The notes under the pieces are model-generated. The model saw only the letters and a program-made list of their open reading frames with translations, ran no database searches and was not told where the DNA came from. DNA of 64,000 nt from Octopus sinensis (taxonomy: Eukaryota), in assembly GCF_006345805.1 (NCBI RefSeq), contig NC_043016.1:25668001-25732000 (forward strand), read 5' to 3'. Position 1 is the first letter of the stretch; the number at the start of each line of letters is the position of its first letter. The translations under genes and the position numbers were made by a program. Shown piece by piece: positions 24,701 through 37,984 of this stretch.

Positions 24701-25432
24701 AATTAAGTTATTTTATGTTTACATGCTATTTAAAACTGCACTAATAAATTCTTCAAAAGTGAAAAGTTATTTTAATAGCGACTGCATTCCAATATATAGT
24801 TTATTATGTTTTGTGTGAAATATAAGTACAGGCATGGCCATGTGGTTAAGAATCTTGCTTTGCAACCATGTGGTTTTAGGTTCAGTCCTACTAGGCAGCA
24901 CCTTTTGCATGTGTCATCTACTAAAGCCTTGTGAGTAGAAGTAATTTAGAGAAACTGAAAGAAGCCAGTTGTATGTATGTATGTTTGTGTATACACACAC
25001 ACACAGAAAGAGGGCAATTGATTCCTGTTATAGCCTTTCTTTACCTTGTAGAATGATCCCTTGTAAAGACATTGGGGTCTAAGTTTGAATCTTTTGGGCA
25101 CTACTAAGTGTCTTCTATATGGAGAATCTCTGGATCTCATCTGTGAACTATATATATATATATATATTGTTTGTATGTCTACTATGTAGCTTAGATATAT
25201 TATGATATTATACCTCGATACTCTATGGAGTGAGATCCTGTTGACAGGCCACTGATATTAAAGGAAGTGTTAACTATTTATAGTATGAACTTAGATAAGC
25301 TGTTAGATATGTCTGTATAAGCATATGATGACTCCCATCAAAGATGATACTTCTTGTGAGATAATCTGCACTGGAACAGCACTGCAGAAAAAAACTGTAG
25401 CAAAATGAGGAAGCTCTCTGCGATCATTTTCT

Positions 25433-25655
25433 TATTTCTTTATTGCCCACAAGGGGCTAAACATAGAGGTGACAGATAAAGGGATTAAGACGATTAGATC
25501 GACCCCAGTGTATAACTGGTACTTAATTTATCGACCCCGAGAGGATGAAAGGTAAAGTTGACCTCGGCGGAATTTGAACTCAGAACATAACAGCAAACAA
25601 AATACCACTAGGCATTTCGCCCGGCATACTAACATTTCTGCCAGCTCATCGCCTT
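25433..25655 (-). mobile_element. SINE family B, full length
   Basis: Flanked by the direct repeat TGC(G/T)ATCATTTTCT. Confidence 0.9.
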
Positions 25656-26196
25656 GCTATCATTTTCTGTTCACCATCCAGAAATACACTGCCTTTATTT
25701 CAGTTGAGTTTCAAAATAACAAATAATTTGGCAAAATAGCCTTTTTAATTATTAAGTTGATGTTTAGAACATAAAAAATTTGATGGAAGATTTTAATTTA
25801 AATCACTTTGTACCATGAATCCAGGATCATTTTCAGGTGGGTTGCTATCAAAAGAGTTAGAACATGCATCTGTGCAATATTCAGTCACTTTGCACACTAA
25901 TTCACTGATTAGATCATTCAGTTTATTGACCAACTGGACTACTGAATTGAAGATGATGAAAGAGACCATACATACACTTTATTTATTTGCTGGTTTATTA
26001 GGCACAGTTTTTAATTATTTTAAACCCCTTTCCAAAAAAAAAAAACAGAAACTGTTTAACACAAGATTATAGATGTGCTATGTTTTGCTGACAAGTCATA
26101 GTTTGGCTCTTGCAGTATCCTATAAAATAGATGCAAGTACCTATTTTACAAAACTACTTTCTGGAGTTATTATTATTGCATATACATAGTATTTCT

Positions 26197-26534
26197 GAGA
26201 CCCCCTTCAGTCACAACACAGACCATGGGATTGCACCTAGAAAGTTACCTTCCCAGGCACAAATCCAGGCAAGGTTGTTTATGGAAGACCAGCAGTCACC
26301 CATGCATACCAGCCTCCCTTCTCCATGCCACCATTGTTATCCAAGGGTAAAGCAAAAGCCAATAGAGCTTCGCACCTGTGACGTTGCAACTCATTTCTAC
26401 AGCTGAGTGAACTGGAGCAACGTGAAATAAAGTGTCTTGCTCAAGAAAACAACATGCAGCCCGGTCCAGGACTCGAGCTCACAACCTCACGATTGTAAGC
26501 TCGACGCTCTAACCACTGAGCCATGCGCCTTCAC
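26197..26534 (-). mobile_element. CORE-type SINE (C1), full length
   Basis: Reverse complement of 56783-57118; TSD ACATAGTATTT at 26184-26194 and 26535-26545. Confidence 0.9.
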
Positions 26535-26564
26535 ACATAGTATTTACTTATATATAAGTACAAT

Positions 26565-26660
26565 ATATAAGAAAAAATATAACATGAGGAAGGAGGATGT
26601 CAAGCCTTAATAGTATTAAAGCCTGATATCTTTCATCCTTGTGTTATATTATTCTTGTAT
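26565..26660. repeat. imperfect foldback with a 1-nt centre
   Basis: Left arm AATATAACATGAGGAAGGAGGATGTCAAGCCTTAATA; reverse complement of right arm AATATAACACAAGGATGAAAGATATCAGGCTTTAATA. Confidence 0.8.
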
Positions 26661-26807
26661 TAATCTTATGCGAAGAGGAGTTCCATATGTATATCCAGTC
26701 CTGAAATATACCCTACCGTAGGATAAGATATGGTAGTGAAATTACAACATAAGAGCTATTATACGCACATTATGAGGTTTTTACCAAAATTATACTAAAT
26801 AGGTGTA

Positions 26808-26847
<40 letters not shown>

Positions 26848-26848
<1 letters not shown>

Positions 26849-27155
26849 TCTTTTACTTGTTTCAATCATTTGACTGCAGCCATGCTGGAGCACCACCTTG
26901 CTAAGTTACAGGGACATAAATACACCAACATACCAGTTGTTAAGCAATGCTGGGGGTGGAGGGCAAACACAGACACAAAGACACACACACATAAATACAC
27001 ACACACACAAACACACACACACATGGCAGGCTTCTTTCAGTTTATGTCTACCAAATCCACTCACAAGGCTTTGGTCAGCCTGAGGCTATAGTAGAAGACG
27101 CTTGCCCAAAGTGATGCACAGTAGAACTGAGCCTAGAACCATGTGGCTGGGAAGC
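26848..27155 (-). mobile_element. SINE family A with internal deletion
   Basis: Reverse-complement match to head and tail. Confidence 0.85.
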
Positions 27156-28004
27156 AATACATGTAGTATTTACTTCATATAAAGCAACACCAGCCAGGAG
27201 GTAAATTAAGTGACCACACTTGACCATACATGTAGGTGAAAATAGTGACCAGTGTTTTTAAAAAAGCAACAAACAGCTTTTGGACTGTTTCTCTTTCAAT
27301 ATTTTGAAGAAGCTTGATCCAATCTGTCACATCCTCGTGATTTTAAATCACTGAACATTTATCTTTGTTTATTTCAATTCAAGTGTTACTTCCATTATTA
27401 TAATGAATAGCAAGGATGAATTGCTTCATAAAACGTAAACAAAGAGAAAATATAAAAAAAAGAACACACTGAATGAAATGAGGACATTAATTCATAAATA
27501 TAGTATAAAAGGCATATAGTTATGTAATAGATAATGGATAATATTTAGCTGATAACTCATTTTGTATGGTGATTCATGGTATGGGTATCCTGAACTTTAC
27601 GGTTTAAAACAGAAATTTGTTTTCAAAACAGATAGTCATGTCACATTCAATTTAGTTTTGTACATGTGCTAAAAATGTGGGTCACATACATGTACAAAGA
27701 ACTTAACCATGGTCACCCCATTTATTTTGTTTTGTTTTGTTTTTTTTTTGTTTTTTCATTAAAAATATAAAAAATAAATATAAACCTTTCGCATTTAAAC
27801 TGTCCATATCTGATTCAAATATTCTACAATACTCAGAAACATATTCTTCAGGTGCAAACCATATATCATGATGAAATATAAAAAAATTGAATAATAGGTA
27901 AAACGTGAAAAAACTGAAAAGGCAGCATATAGAAAATGTAGAAAGTAAACAACAGAAAGTGAACAATACATATACACACACACACATTATATAATATATA
28001 TATA

Positions 28005-28565
28005 TCATTTAGTGCCCAATTTCCATAGCATCGGGTTGGTTGGTTTACATGAGCTGGCAAGGTAGAAGACTATATCGATCTCAAAATGCTGAACTTAATG
28101 AAGAGGACCAAGATATGTGACACATTGCCGTACTCGAAAAGACCTGCCCACCACTGAGATCCTGAAAATCAAGCTTTGGTGCTAATGCCACGTAAAAAGC
28201 ACTGGTGATGGTACCACACAAAAAAGCACCCAGTGCACTCTGTAAAGTGGTTGGCATTAGAAAGGGTATCCAGCAGTAGAAACCATGCCAAAACTGACTA
28301 TGGAACCTGGTGCAACCCCTGGCCTTGCCAGTTCTTGTCAAGCCAGCCAACCCATGCCAGCATGGAAAACGGGCATTAAATGATGATGATGATACACATG
28401 ATGGGCTTCTTTCAATTTCTGTCTTCCAAATCCTCTTGTAAGGTATTTGTTGTCTCATAGATGTAATGGCAAGTGTCACTTGCCTAAGATGTCATGTCAT
28501 GGGACTGAACCTGAAACCATGTAACCATGCGGTTAAGAAACAGTCTTACCAGACAGCCATGCTTG
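28005..28565. mobile_element. RTE tails (- 28005-28070; + 28080-28393) abutting a SINE A head (- 28398-28565)
   Basis: GGTTGGCATTAGAAAGGGTATCCAGCAGTAGAAA...CATGCCAGCATGGAAAACGGGCATTAAA(TGA)n. Confidence 0.75.
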
Positions 28566-28842
28566 GGCATATTAAATTCTACTACCACTAACAAACGCCT
28601 CAATTTTCTTTTTATGTAATCTTTCTGTCCCGGCTTGAAAACTTTTGTAGTTTATCCTTCGCATTTGTCATTTTTTATGGTCTGTCTCTATTCATCACAC
28701 ATTCACGTGGACATCCATCTTCCACCATTTCCATCCTGAATTTTGGAGTACCTCATGCCATTGGAGTACCACTTAAGGCTGTTGCTGGATTATCACAAAT
28801 TACCATTTGGATTACACTAGATGCTTTGTACCTTGATTTTAT

Positions 28843-28889
<47 letters not shown>

Positions 28890-29757
28890 GGTAGGGTAGG
28901 GTAGGATAGGTATACGTTAGACTGCACTACATTTTGAAAAAATTCTTTGCTTTTTTTTTTCATATAAGGCATCCATCTTTTCTAATTTTGGAAGAACTTC
29001 TCTATGATGCCAAGTATTGTTTATATTTATAAAAGCCAGATATATTTTGTAAAAATGTATTAAAAATTGGCATATTTTATTACACAAACATAGTCATTCT
29101 TGTACACTCCAGTCATGAAAAAACAGTAAAACACATCAAATATGACTGAAATCACATCCACACACACTTTCACACACGTGCACACACACACACATGTGTG
29201 TAATAGTAAACAGCATTGCATTATGGGAAGAAATGCATCAACCCAGCCAACAAATTCCATCTGTTTCATATTAATTCAACGTCTGAAGATGTAGAATAAG
29301 CATAAAAAACAAGTTCGGTTCGGCAAGTGCACTATTTAAGGAAGCAGTTTTTGTTTTTTTTTCTTCTTTTTGGATTGTCGAACATAATCACTTTTGTTTC
29401 ATTCTCTTATTAGGCACCAACAATTGTCTGCTTTCATATTTGTATTCAGCGGTCTCTGATATTTTTACTAACAGCCCCTAAATTGGCAGGGAAATAGTCT
29501 AAATGACTGTGACAGAAATACACTTTAATGCTCATATTACATTCTAACTTCTGGAAGGAAAGAACTAATTCACTAAGTCTTCATAGTTTTCAGATTTGTT
29601 GTTGCCCCAGAAGTTATTCATAACTTCTATGGATGCTCCCCCAGCATTTTTTTTTTCCCACAGATTTAAAAGTAAATTTGCAATAGCTCATCTTTCATTA
29701 ATGTTCTTAACTTAGGTCTATCTCAAAGATATACTTGTTTTGTGGTTTTTTTTTTTT

Positions 29758-29965
29758 ATAGGAGTGGCTGTGTGGTAAGTAGCTTGCTTACCAGCCACAT
29801 GGTTCCGAGTTCGTTCCCACTGCGTAGCACCTTGGGCAAGTGTCTTCTACTATAGCCCCGGGCCGACCAAAGCCTTGTGAGTGGATTTGGTAGGCGGAAA
29901 CTGAAAGAAGCCTGTTGTATATATATATGTATGTGTGTATATATATATATATGTATGTGTGTATG

Positions 29966-30002
<37 letters not shown>

Positions 30003-30195
30003 TTGTCCCCCCCCCCCAACATCGCTTGACAACCGATGCTGGTGTGTTTATGTCTCCATAACTTAGCGGTTCAGCAAAAGAGACCGACAGAATAAGTACT
30101 AGGCTTCCAAAGAATAAGTCCTGGGGTCGATGTGCTCAACCAAAGGTGGTGCTCCAGCATGGCTGCAGTCAAATGACTGAAACAGGTAAAAGAGT
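29758..30195 (+). mobile_element. SINE family A, full length
   Basis: Head, long (TA)/(TG) centre and tail. Confidence 0.92.
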
Positions 30196-30604
30196 AACCC
30201 TTCTGATACCAACTGGTCTGTGACCACCTTTAGTTCTATGATACAAATTGCATGTTTTAAAATGATCTGAATGAAAACCTAACATCAAAAATTTTGTCAG
30301 TTCATGTTCCAGACACCAGCTGTAAAGGCAGCTGTTTTACTAAATTCTTATTTTCAAAATTAATTGAAAAAACCGTAGTGTGTTTCAACAGAATTATGAT
30401 AACTAAAGAATTAAAGTGATCTAAATTAAAATTTCCTATCAACATTTCGTGTCAATTTATGTTTCATCAGAAAAGAAAGATCTGGAGAGAAGGCAAAGAA
30501 CAGTCCAAGAAAAGCATTTGCATGGTTACATAGTTGAAATGACCATATATCTATGTATATATTTGTATATATGTAAGTTAAAAGGATAAGGATGCATACT
30601 CCCT

Positions 30605-31942
30605 CTCTTTACTCTTTTACTTGTTCCAGTCATTTGACTGCGGCCATGCTGGAGCACCACCTTTAGTCGAGCAAATTGACCCCAGTACTTATTCTTTGTA
30701 AGACTAGTACTTATTCTATCGTTCCCTTTTGCCGAACCACTAAGTTACGGGGGACGTAAACACACCATCATCGGTTGTCAAGTGATGTTTGGCAGGGAGA
30801 CAAACACAGACATCATCATCATCGTTTAACGTCCGCTTTCCATGCTAGCATGGGTTGGACGGTTCAACTGGGGTCTGGGAAGCCCGAAGGCTGCACCAGG
30901 CCAGTCAGATCTGGCAGTGTTTCTACAGATGGATGCCCTTCCTAACGCCAACCACTCCATGAGTGTAGAGGGTGCTTTTTATGTGCCACCGATACAGGTG
31001 CCAGACGAGGCTGGCGAACGGCCACGCTCGAATGGTGCTTTTTACGTGCCACCAGCACGGAGGCCAGTCGATGTGGTGCTGGCTACGGCCACATTCAGAT
31101 GGTGCTCTTATGTGGCACTGGTACCACAACTACAAATTCCATTGCTGTTGATCGATTTCGATTGATTTGATTTTCACTTGCCTCAACAGGTCTTCACAAG
31201 TAGAGTTATGTGTCCCAAGAAGGAAGGTATGCACAGGTGGACTGACTACTTCCCAGGTAGGGGCCACAGGTTATGGCCTCACTTGTCCTGCCGGGTCTTC
31301 TCGCGCACAGCATACTTCCAAAGGTCTCGGTCTCTGGTTGTTTCCTCGGTGAGACCTAAAGAGCGAAGGTCATGCTTCACCACCTCGTCCCAGGTTTTCC
31401 TGGGTCTACCTCTTCCACAGGTTCCCTCAACCGCTAGGGTGTGGCACTTTTCAACACAACTATCTTCATCCATTCTTACCACATGTCCATACCAACGTAG
31501 ACGTCTCTCTTGCACACCACATCTGATGCTTCTTAGGTCCAACTTTTCTTTCAAGGCACTTACACTCTGTCGGCTATGAACACTGACATTACACACCCAT
31601 TGGAGCATACTGGCTTCATTTCTTGCAAGCTTACGCATATCCTCAGCAGTCACGGCCCATGTTTCACTGCCATGTAGCATGGCTGTTCGTACACACGCGT
31701 AATACAGTCTGCCTTTTACTCTGAGTGAGAGGCCTTTTGTCACCAGCAGAGGTAAGAGCTCTCTGTACTTTGCCCAACGACGAGCTTCTTTCAGTTTCCG
31801 TCTACCAAATCCACTCACTAGGCTTTGGTCGGCCCAAGGCTATAGTAGAAGACACTTGCCCAAAGTGCCATGCAGTGGGACTGAACCTAGAACCATGTGG
31901 TTGGTAAGCAAGCTACTTACCACACATCCACTCTTACACCTA
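30605..31942 (-). mobile_element. SINE family A split by an RTE insertion
   Basis: Tail half 30605-30811, head half 31777-31942. Confidence 0.9.
30812..31776 (-). mobile_element. 5'-truncated young RTE LINE (ORF C-terminus 31279-31776 plus 3' UTR)
   Basis: Open frame with RTE-type motifs MLHGSETW, RRLRWYGHVVRM and GRGRPRKTW; (ATG)n tail. Confidence 0.93.
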
Positions 31943-32259
31943 TATTGAAATAAAATACGGAAGTGCATACCTACAATCATCAATGTTAATATTATATACA
32001 AATTAGCTTGGGAAAAACTTCTCTTACATAACTTTTCGATGTCTACAGGTATTCTCCATAAGAAAGAATTTATCTGCTTAACAACTTTTCTCAGCTAATA
32101 ACAGCTGTCACTTGATACTTGCTGTATCTTAACCCTTTCGAGATCAACCCACCTGAGAGTGTTCCTAGTTCAATGATTCAAACTTCCTGTTTTCAAGTAA
32201 TCTAAATTAAAACCTTCCGTCAAAATATCATGTTAAATTATGTTCCAAACACCTACTAA

Positions 32260-32627
32260 TCTATGTATACAAAGCTGAAGTTGTCTGTGTGTGGCACGTT
32301 TGGTAGCCTTCAACTAACACTATCTCCTCTGAGACCCTGCAGCGCAAGTTGACCAAAATTGAGAGTATGATAGAAGAAGGCTTGCTCTTTATTCCGTAGC
32401 AGATAAAATTCAAATTGGACCATATTAAGACCAAAAATTATTTACATCAATATGGTGCTTTTTTTCTATGAAAATCCCTATTTTTTTACGATTTTTTTAC
32501 TGCTGTGTCACCATTTTTCAGTGTATTTCAACCAGAAAAAGGTTCACTTAAAGAGAATAACAAACTACATAATGCAAAAGTTTTACTTTTTAAAAATTCC
32601 AATTCTAAAGGGTCGAAACAAACCCAG
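32260..32627 (+). mobile_element. non-autonomous Helitron (3'-truncated) inserted in MITE M1
   Basis: A|TCTATGTATACAAAG...TTGTCTGTGTGT start resembles 15145; ends at AAACCC, where the other Helitron's hairpin begins; M1 sequence resumes on both sides. Confidence 0.6.
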
Positions 32628-33469
32628 TCATTTTAATAAATTTTTATTCTTTAAATTAACTGAGACAAAGGCAATGTATATTTTAAGAGAAATGTGGCAA
32701 CTGAAGGGTTAAAGTGATCTTGGGATCTTCTATCAAAATTTCGTGCTAATTTATATTCAAAAACCAGTTTGTTAATGATAAAATTACTTGACTAAAGTCT
32801 TTATTATCTGTATTATTTACAAAATTAATTGAAACTAGGAGTGTATTTCAACAGAAATATGGTAACAAGAGGCTAAAGAGCCTACTCCTTTCTCTGTTTT
32901 AGGGAGTTTTCTTGCATTATATTGTACTTTATGCTCTATGGTCGTATCTAAGTATCTTGCTTCATAATTAGTCTATTAACTTACATGTCTTTTCCTCAGA
33001 TTTTCCCATAGCAAATAGGGCACTTGGGTGGTACTATTGTGCAGGATATATAAGAAATTTATTTGATTTTCATTATTAATAAAAAATTTTAAAATGTCTT
33101 GTTAGTAGGCACCACTTTAACTTCAAGTTAATGAAATTGTTTAAAACCAAGAATTGATGTCACTGCTAATTTTCCTAAAATGAACAAAAAAAGAAAAAAG
33201 AATTTTGCATTGATGACCTCTGGTGCTTAGCGTGGGATCTGGCAGACCAAGATAATTAAATGTTTGCTTGTTTGCTCTCCTTTTTTTCTCAACTAATTAG
33301 CATTGTTTGAACAAATATGTATTGAAGGGGCATTGTTTTTGCATCTGGATGCCTTTCCTGTCACTAACTCTTTCCTGTTTGTCAAGTAATAAGATTTTTT
33401 TTTATTGTTTTTGTCCTTTAAAATGCCAAGCTATGATACTTTCTGTTAGCAGAGAATGATGGTGAACAT

Positions 33470-33870
33470 CATCATATACTGCTTGAATCATAGAATGTAA
33501 TCATTCAGACAGATACACATGTTCATTGCGACTGTCAAATCACAGACAAAGAAATAGTCGAACAGGCTAAATGAATGTTACACAAGAATGCTATGAATTG
33601 CTTTGAATGTGAAATGGCAGCAACATGTCTCAAATGAATGCTTTTTATGGGGACCTGCTGAAAGTTGGCTAGAAGATCAAGCAAAGATGACTGCAACTAT
33701 CTGGCCACTGCGTACACCACCCTGAACTAGAAGCATCCAAATTAGTCTTCTGAAAACTACTTTATGATGATGTAAAAAGAGAAAAATTGATTGCAGACAC
33801 TGACCTAGAATGTATCCAGGTCCTTGAAGTAGTAGTGATGATGGACCAAGAAATGTGGTGGGTGGACTTA
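33470..33870 (+). pseudogene. decayed C-terminus of a second RTE-like LINE family
   Basis: RLNECYTRML*IALNVKWQQHVSNE...LYGDL...LQLSGHCVHHPELEASKLVF resembles LDGCYTRMLR..LN.W..H.TN..LYG / RRL.LAGHC.RH. Confidence 0.7.
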
Positions 33871-34189
33871 ATAATAATGCATATGTATATGCATGCACAC
33901 ACATGCACTAATTTTACTCGCAAGGTTTTGGTGAATCCGAAGCTTCGGTAGAAGACTCTTGTCCAAGATGCAGTAATATGGAACTTGGGATTATGTGGTA
34001 ACAAAGTGAACTCTGTATCCACATAGTCATACCTACGCATACTCATATGAACATAGGTATATGGCTGGATGCATTCCAGATACCAGCTTTAAGTCATGTA
34101 TTGGGTACTTTTTATTTTAACACAGGCACTAGAGAAATAATCAAGCCTCACTACCTGCAACTCCCCCCCCCCCATATGCTGTCTACCTT

Positions 34190-35800
34190 TTCACTCAAGG
34201 GAGACACATACCAAAGGTAATAAATCCTGAATATCCTTCACCCTGGTCTCTTACTGTGTTTTCAGTGCATAAAACACTACTGCTAATTAGGTCATCTAAG
34301 GAACAAAAGTGACAGATAACTTGAAGGGGGCTTCTGAGTATTTGATGGATTTAATTTTGTTTGTACTCTTACTATGACTACTCTGGTACACCTATTACAT
34401 AGGAAATCTCCTTTCAATTTCTGCCTTCTTGTGATCTCACAACACCTTTTGTGACTCCATAGTTTAAGCTGAGTACACTGTATGGAATTTTCTACTGACT
34501 TCTTTTCAGCATGCTGAGCATAGCTATTTCCTTGATGATAGCTTTTTTTTCTTGCATACTAAAACTTTAGCCTTTGTTGTGTTTACTTTGAAACCTCTAA
34601 ATTCTGAGTTTTATTTCCAGGTTTGGAATTTGTTCTCTGCCAAATTTTCTATAAATTCTTCTATAAGAATTAGATCATTGTCATACATGGCTTTCCACAG
34701 ACAACCTGTCTTAAACTACTCTGTTATATGGTCTCTAAGACAATAATAAACTGGAGAATACTTAGAATTTAGTTCTGATGAATCCTTCCTTACATATATG
34801 CTAAATCCATTGCCAAACTCATTGTTGACTTTCTTAACTGACTCACACTGTTGTATGTGGCTTGTAAGGGCTGTCACAAGCCATTCATCTATATTTAGTT
34901 TCCTTAGAGACTGCCATTTTACTGATTGACAGGCCATCATCGTTCATTGAGTGCTAAATATAGTTGAGTGTTGCTCCCAGTTATGTATTTCCCAAAATAC
35001 ATCACATCTTGTGTAAGTCTTTCTGCAAAATTCTTGACTTTATTACAACAATTTGATGACGCTGTAATTGCACCCACCCCTTTCTCTCTTTCTCTTCCTT
35101 TGCTCATGTAGCAGTTGACAGTAATACTGCTTGCTATACCAGCCATTGGGTGTGTCAACCTCCTATGTTACCTCATTTACCATGCAAAGTGATTACCATG
35201 TGCCTTATTTTGCCAGATGATTTTTAAGTATCTCAACAACTGTTCCTGATGATGATGCAGCTGTCTTCTCTGTCTTTATCATTAATTGTGCTTGCAACCA
35301 TACACCTGTCAACTTGAATGGCTATTCCATCTGTTGAGTCTACTTGGAGTGGACTCTCTTTCTCCCATGCATTTTATTCTTCTCTCATTCAACAGCCTCT
35401 TGTAATAGCTATTCCACTTCTCTTAATTTTCTGTGTCAGTAAAGCCAAATGTGCTGTCACCATTCCCTACACACTCCCCCCCCCATGACATCTTGATTGT
35501 CTCCAGTACACTTGCATTTATGAACCCCTCACACCTCTGATCTTCGTGTCACAGAACATTGGTAAATCTCTTAACTTTTTGCTTCCCTCTTTGCTAAGTA
35601 CACTTGACATCCAGCTTCTTCTCTCCTACTTAGTTATAGTTCCCTTCAGCTCCAAACTGTTTCTTAGCTTTCAAGGCTACAGTACTATTTTACCCAAATG
35701 AGATCACCTTTGATCTCATTGGAATTTTGCCCCAGCCTGCCTATAGTGCTCAGCTGCTTGTCTTGTAAGAACCGCCCAAGTAAGACTTTTTATACTAGGG
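34190..35800 (-). pseudogene. decayed RTE RT region
   Basis: SLRKLNIDEWLV...KVNNEFGNGF and FCSLDDLIS segments, with many stops and frameshifts. Confidence 0.7.
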
Positions 35801-35904
35801 GATGCTTTTCCCATCTACTGCTGATTATGTCACACATGTAATAGAAGCCATCAACCATTTTTTGGGAAGTGAACTTTTGTGTGTATGTGTTTTTGTGAAT
35901 TAGA

Positions 35905-36140
35905 AAAATGAGATAGTGAGTTCAATTCCTGGATTGAGCTGTGTGTTGTGTTCTTGAGCAAGACACTGTATTTCATGTTGCTCCAGTTCACTCAGCTGTA
36001 GAAATGAGTTGCAATGTCACTGGTACCAAGTTGTATCAGCTTTGCCTTTCGGAGCTTGGAGAGGGGGAGGCTGGTATGCATACCAGCCTCCTTCTCCATG
36101 AACAACCTTGCCTGGTCTTGTGCTTTGAAGTGTAATTTTC
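35905..36140 (+). mobile_element. CORE-type SINE C1, partial
   Basis: TTGTGTTCTTGAGCAAGACAC...CTCAGCTGTAGAAATGAGTTGC. Confidence 0.8.
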
Positions 36141-36984
36141 ATTCATGAACAAAAGGGTTGTGTGTGTATTTAAATCAGAAACAAAATTTCCCCCAAAAAT
36201 AGCAGAGAAAAAAGTTATGCAGGTGGCGTACATATTAGATAATAGTGATTAATATATATGGCATTTAATCAACATATATCGTTTAATGGGGCACAGGTGT
36301 AGATATGTGGTCCAGAACCTTGTTTCATAACCATGTGGTTCTCAATACCATCATTAAAAATATTTAGTTTAAATGTATAACTCTAGCACTTTTGAAAATA
36401 AGATATTTTGATGTATTTTGTTTTCTGAAGCCCCATGAAAGTGATAAATACTCATACAGAAAAAATTAGATATTTGGACAAGAATAAATGTCTTCTTACA
36501 AAATGGAAGCATTAACCCTATTGATACAAATCTGCCTGAGATTGCCTCTTGATCTATGATACAAACTTTTTAAAGTAATCTAAATAAAAAAGACTTTTAT
36601 CAAAAAAATTTCTGTTAGTTTGTTTTAAATGTCAACTTAATAACGACTAGGTACTTTCATTAAATTCTTCAAATTTTTAAATCATTTAAAACAAAGGCAT
36701 TGCATTTCAACAGAAAAGGGTTAATAGTGGTCAGCGGAGTACTGGCCAGACACTCACTATAAGGCATCCAATATTACTTGTTGATATTTGATGGTGGATC
36801 TACCAAATATTGTAATTAAATCCACAACTTTAATGTGATCAGAGCATGATAACTGCTCAGATGCATTGAATGCTAATAGGAGAGAGAATGATTAGCAACA
36901 AATTCCAAAGTCACAGATACTCTTCAGCAAATTTATTCTAGACCTCTTCATCGCATTTGGCTTTATCTTCATTGTGGTGAGGAT

Positions 36985-37245
36985 GTGTGAAGATGTATGG
37001 TCTTGTGATGAGGGCACTGTACTCGCAAATGCAAGATCATAACTTTTGATTCTTGCACTGGACAATACATTGTGTTCTTGAGCAAAACACTTAATTTCAC
37101 ATTGTTCCCATCCACTCAGCTGTAAATGAGTAACTCTGCAATGGACTGGCTTCCTGTTAGGTGAACGTGTTGTGATTCTCGGTCAATTATATATGCTATA
37201 GAAAACCAGGTGACCAGCTCTATGTGTCCTTTGATTTGAGACAGC
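36985..37245 (+). mobile_element. CORE-type SINE C2, diverged
   Basis: CORE block plus CTGCAATGGACTGGC...ATAGAAAACCAGG tail. Confidence 0.75.
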
Positions 37246-37984
37246 AATATAAAAGAAAAAAAATCCAGTGAGGATGTGAAGATTTGTGAAGAACTGTATC
37301 TTGTAGTTGGATACCTATGGAAGAGTCCGTTGCCAGAAACTCACTGCAAAATCGTTTTCTGAGAGAAAACTTACTTATCTTTTATGCAAGTCTTTGAGCA
37401 CATGTAGTATCTATTGGGTGTATTAACTCTCTAGCATTCATATTACTCTGTCAAATGTAATACTCATTTATTCACATTGTTTTAAATCAATCCTTACAAC
37501 TTCCAGATTTCAAAGATGTGATAGTTTACTTTTTAGAATAACATTGCATTCCATTTTTTTTTTCTTTTTTTTTTTTTTTCTCCGCTCTTGTCTTTGAAAA
37601 GACCTACCCGCTGACAAGCAAAATACTTTCACTTCTTTAGGTCCTGAAAATGAAGAATTACTGACATCTTTTAAAAAAAATTTTTTTTTAATGAAATTAT
37701 TACAAACATCTAAAACAATTTATAAATATTTATTTGAAAGTTTTGGGAAAAGGAGACAAGAAAAATATATATATATATATAAAATAAACAAATGCATTTG
37801 TGTGTTGTGTGTATTTGTCAGTTGTTGGGTAACTATTTAGAGAAATATTCAGTACAAATGTAGAGTGCAGTAGTTTGGATAGGTTAGTTCAGATGAACAC
37901 AGAAAATCCAGAGTAACAGTCCACTGGACCAATGAAATGTATGTGTTACTTCTCAAAAACTGAATGCAGAGTACAATGATGATA

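Noticed and set aside
27780-27860. Minus-strand CTGAAGA with a long stem and partial stem I (TTTGCAC/ATGCGAA)
   Set aside because: No GAAA in the required position; too degenerate to call.
31279-31818. 179-aa ORF as a host gene
   Set aside because: It is a chimera of SINE sequence and a 5'-truncated RTE C-terminus.
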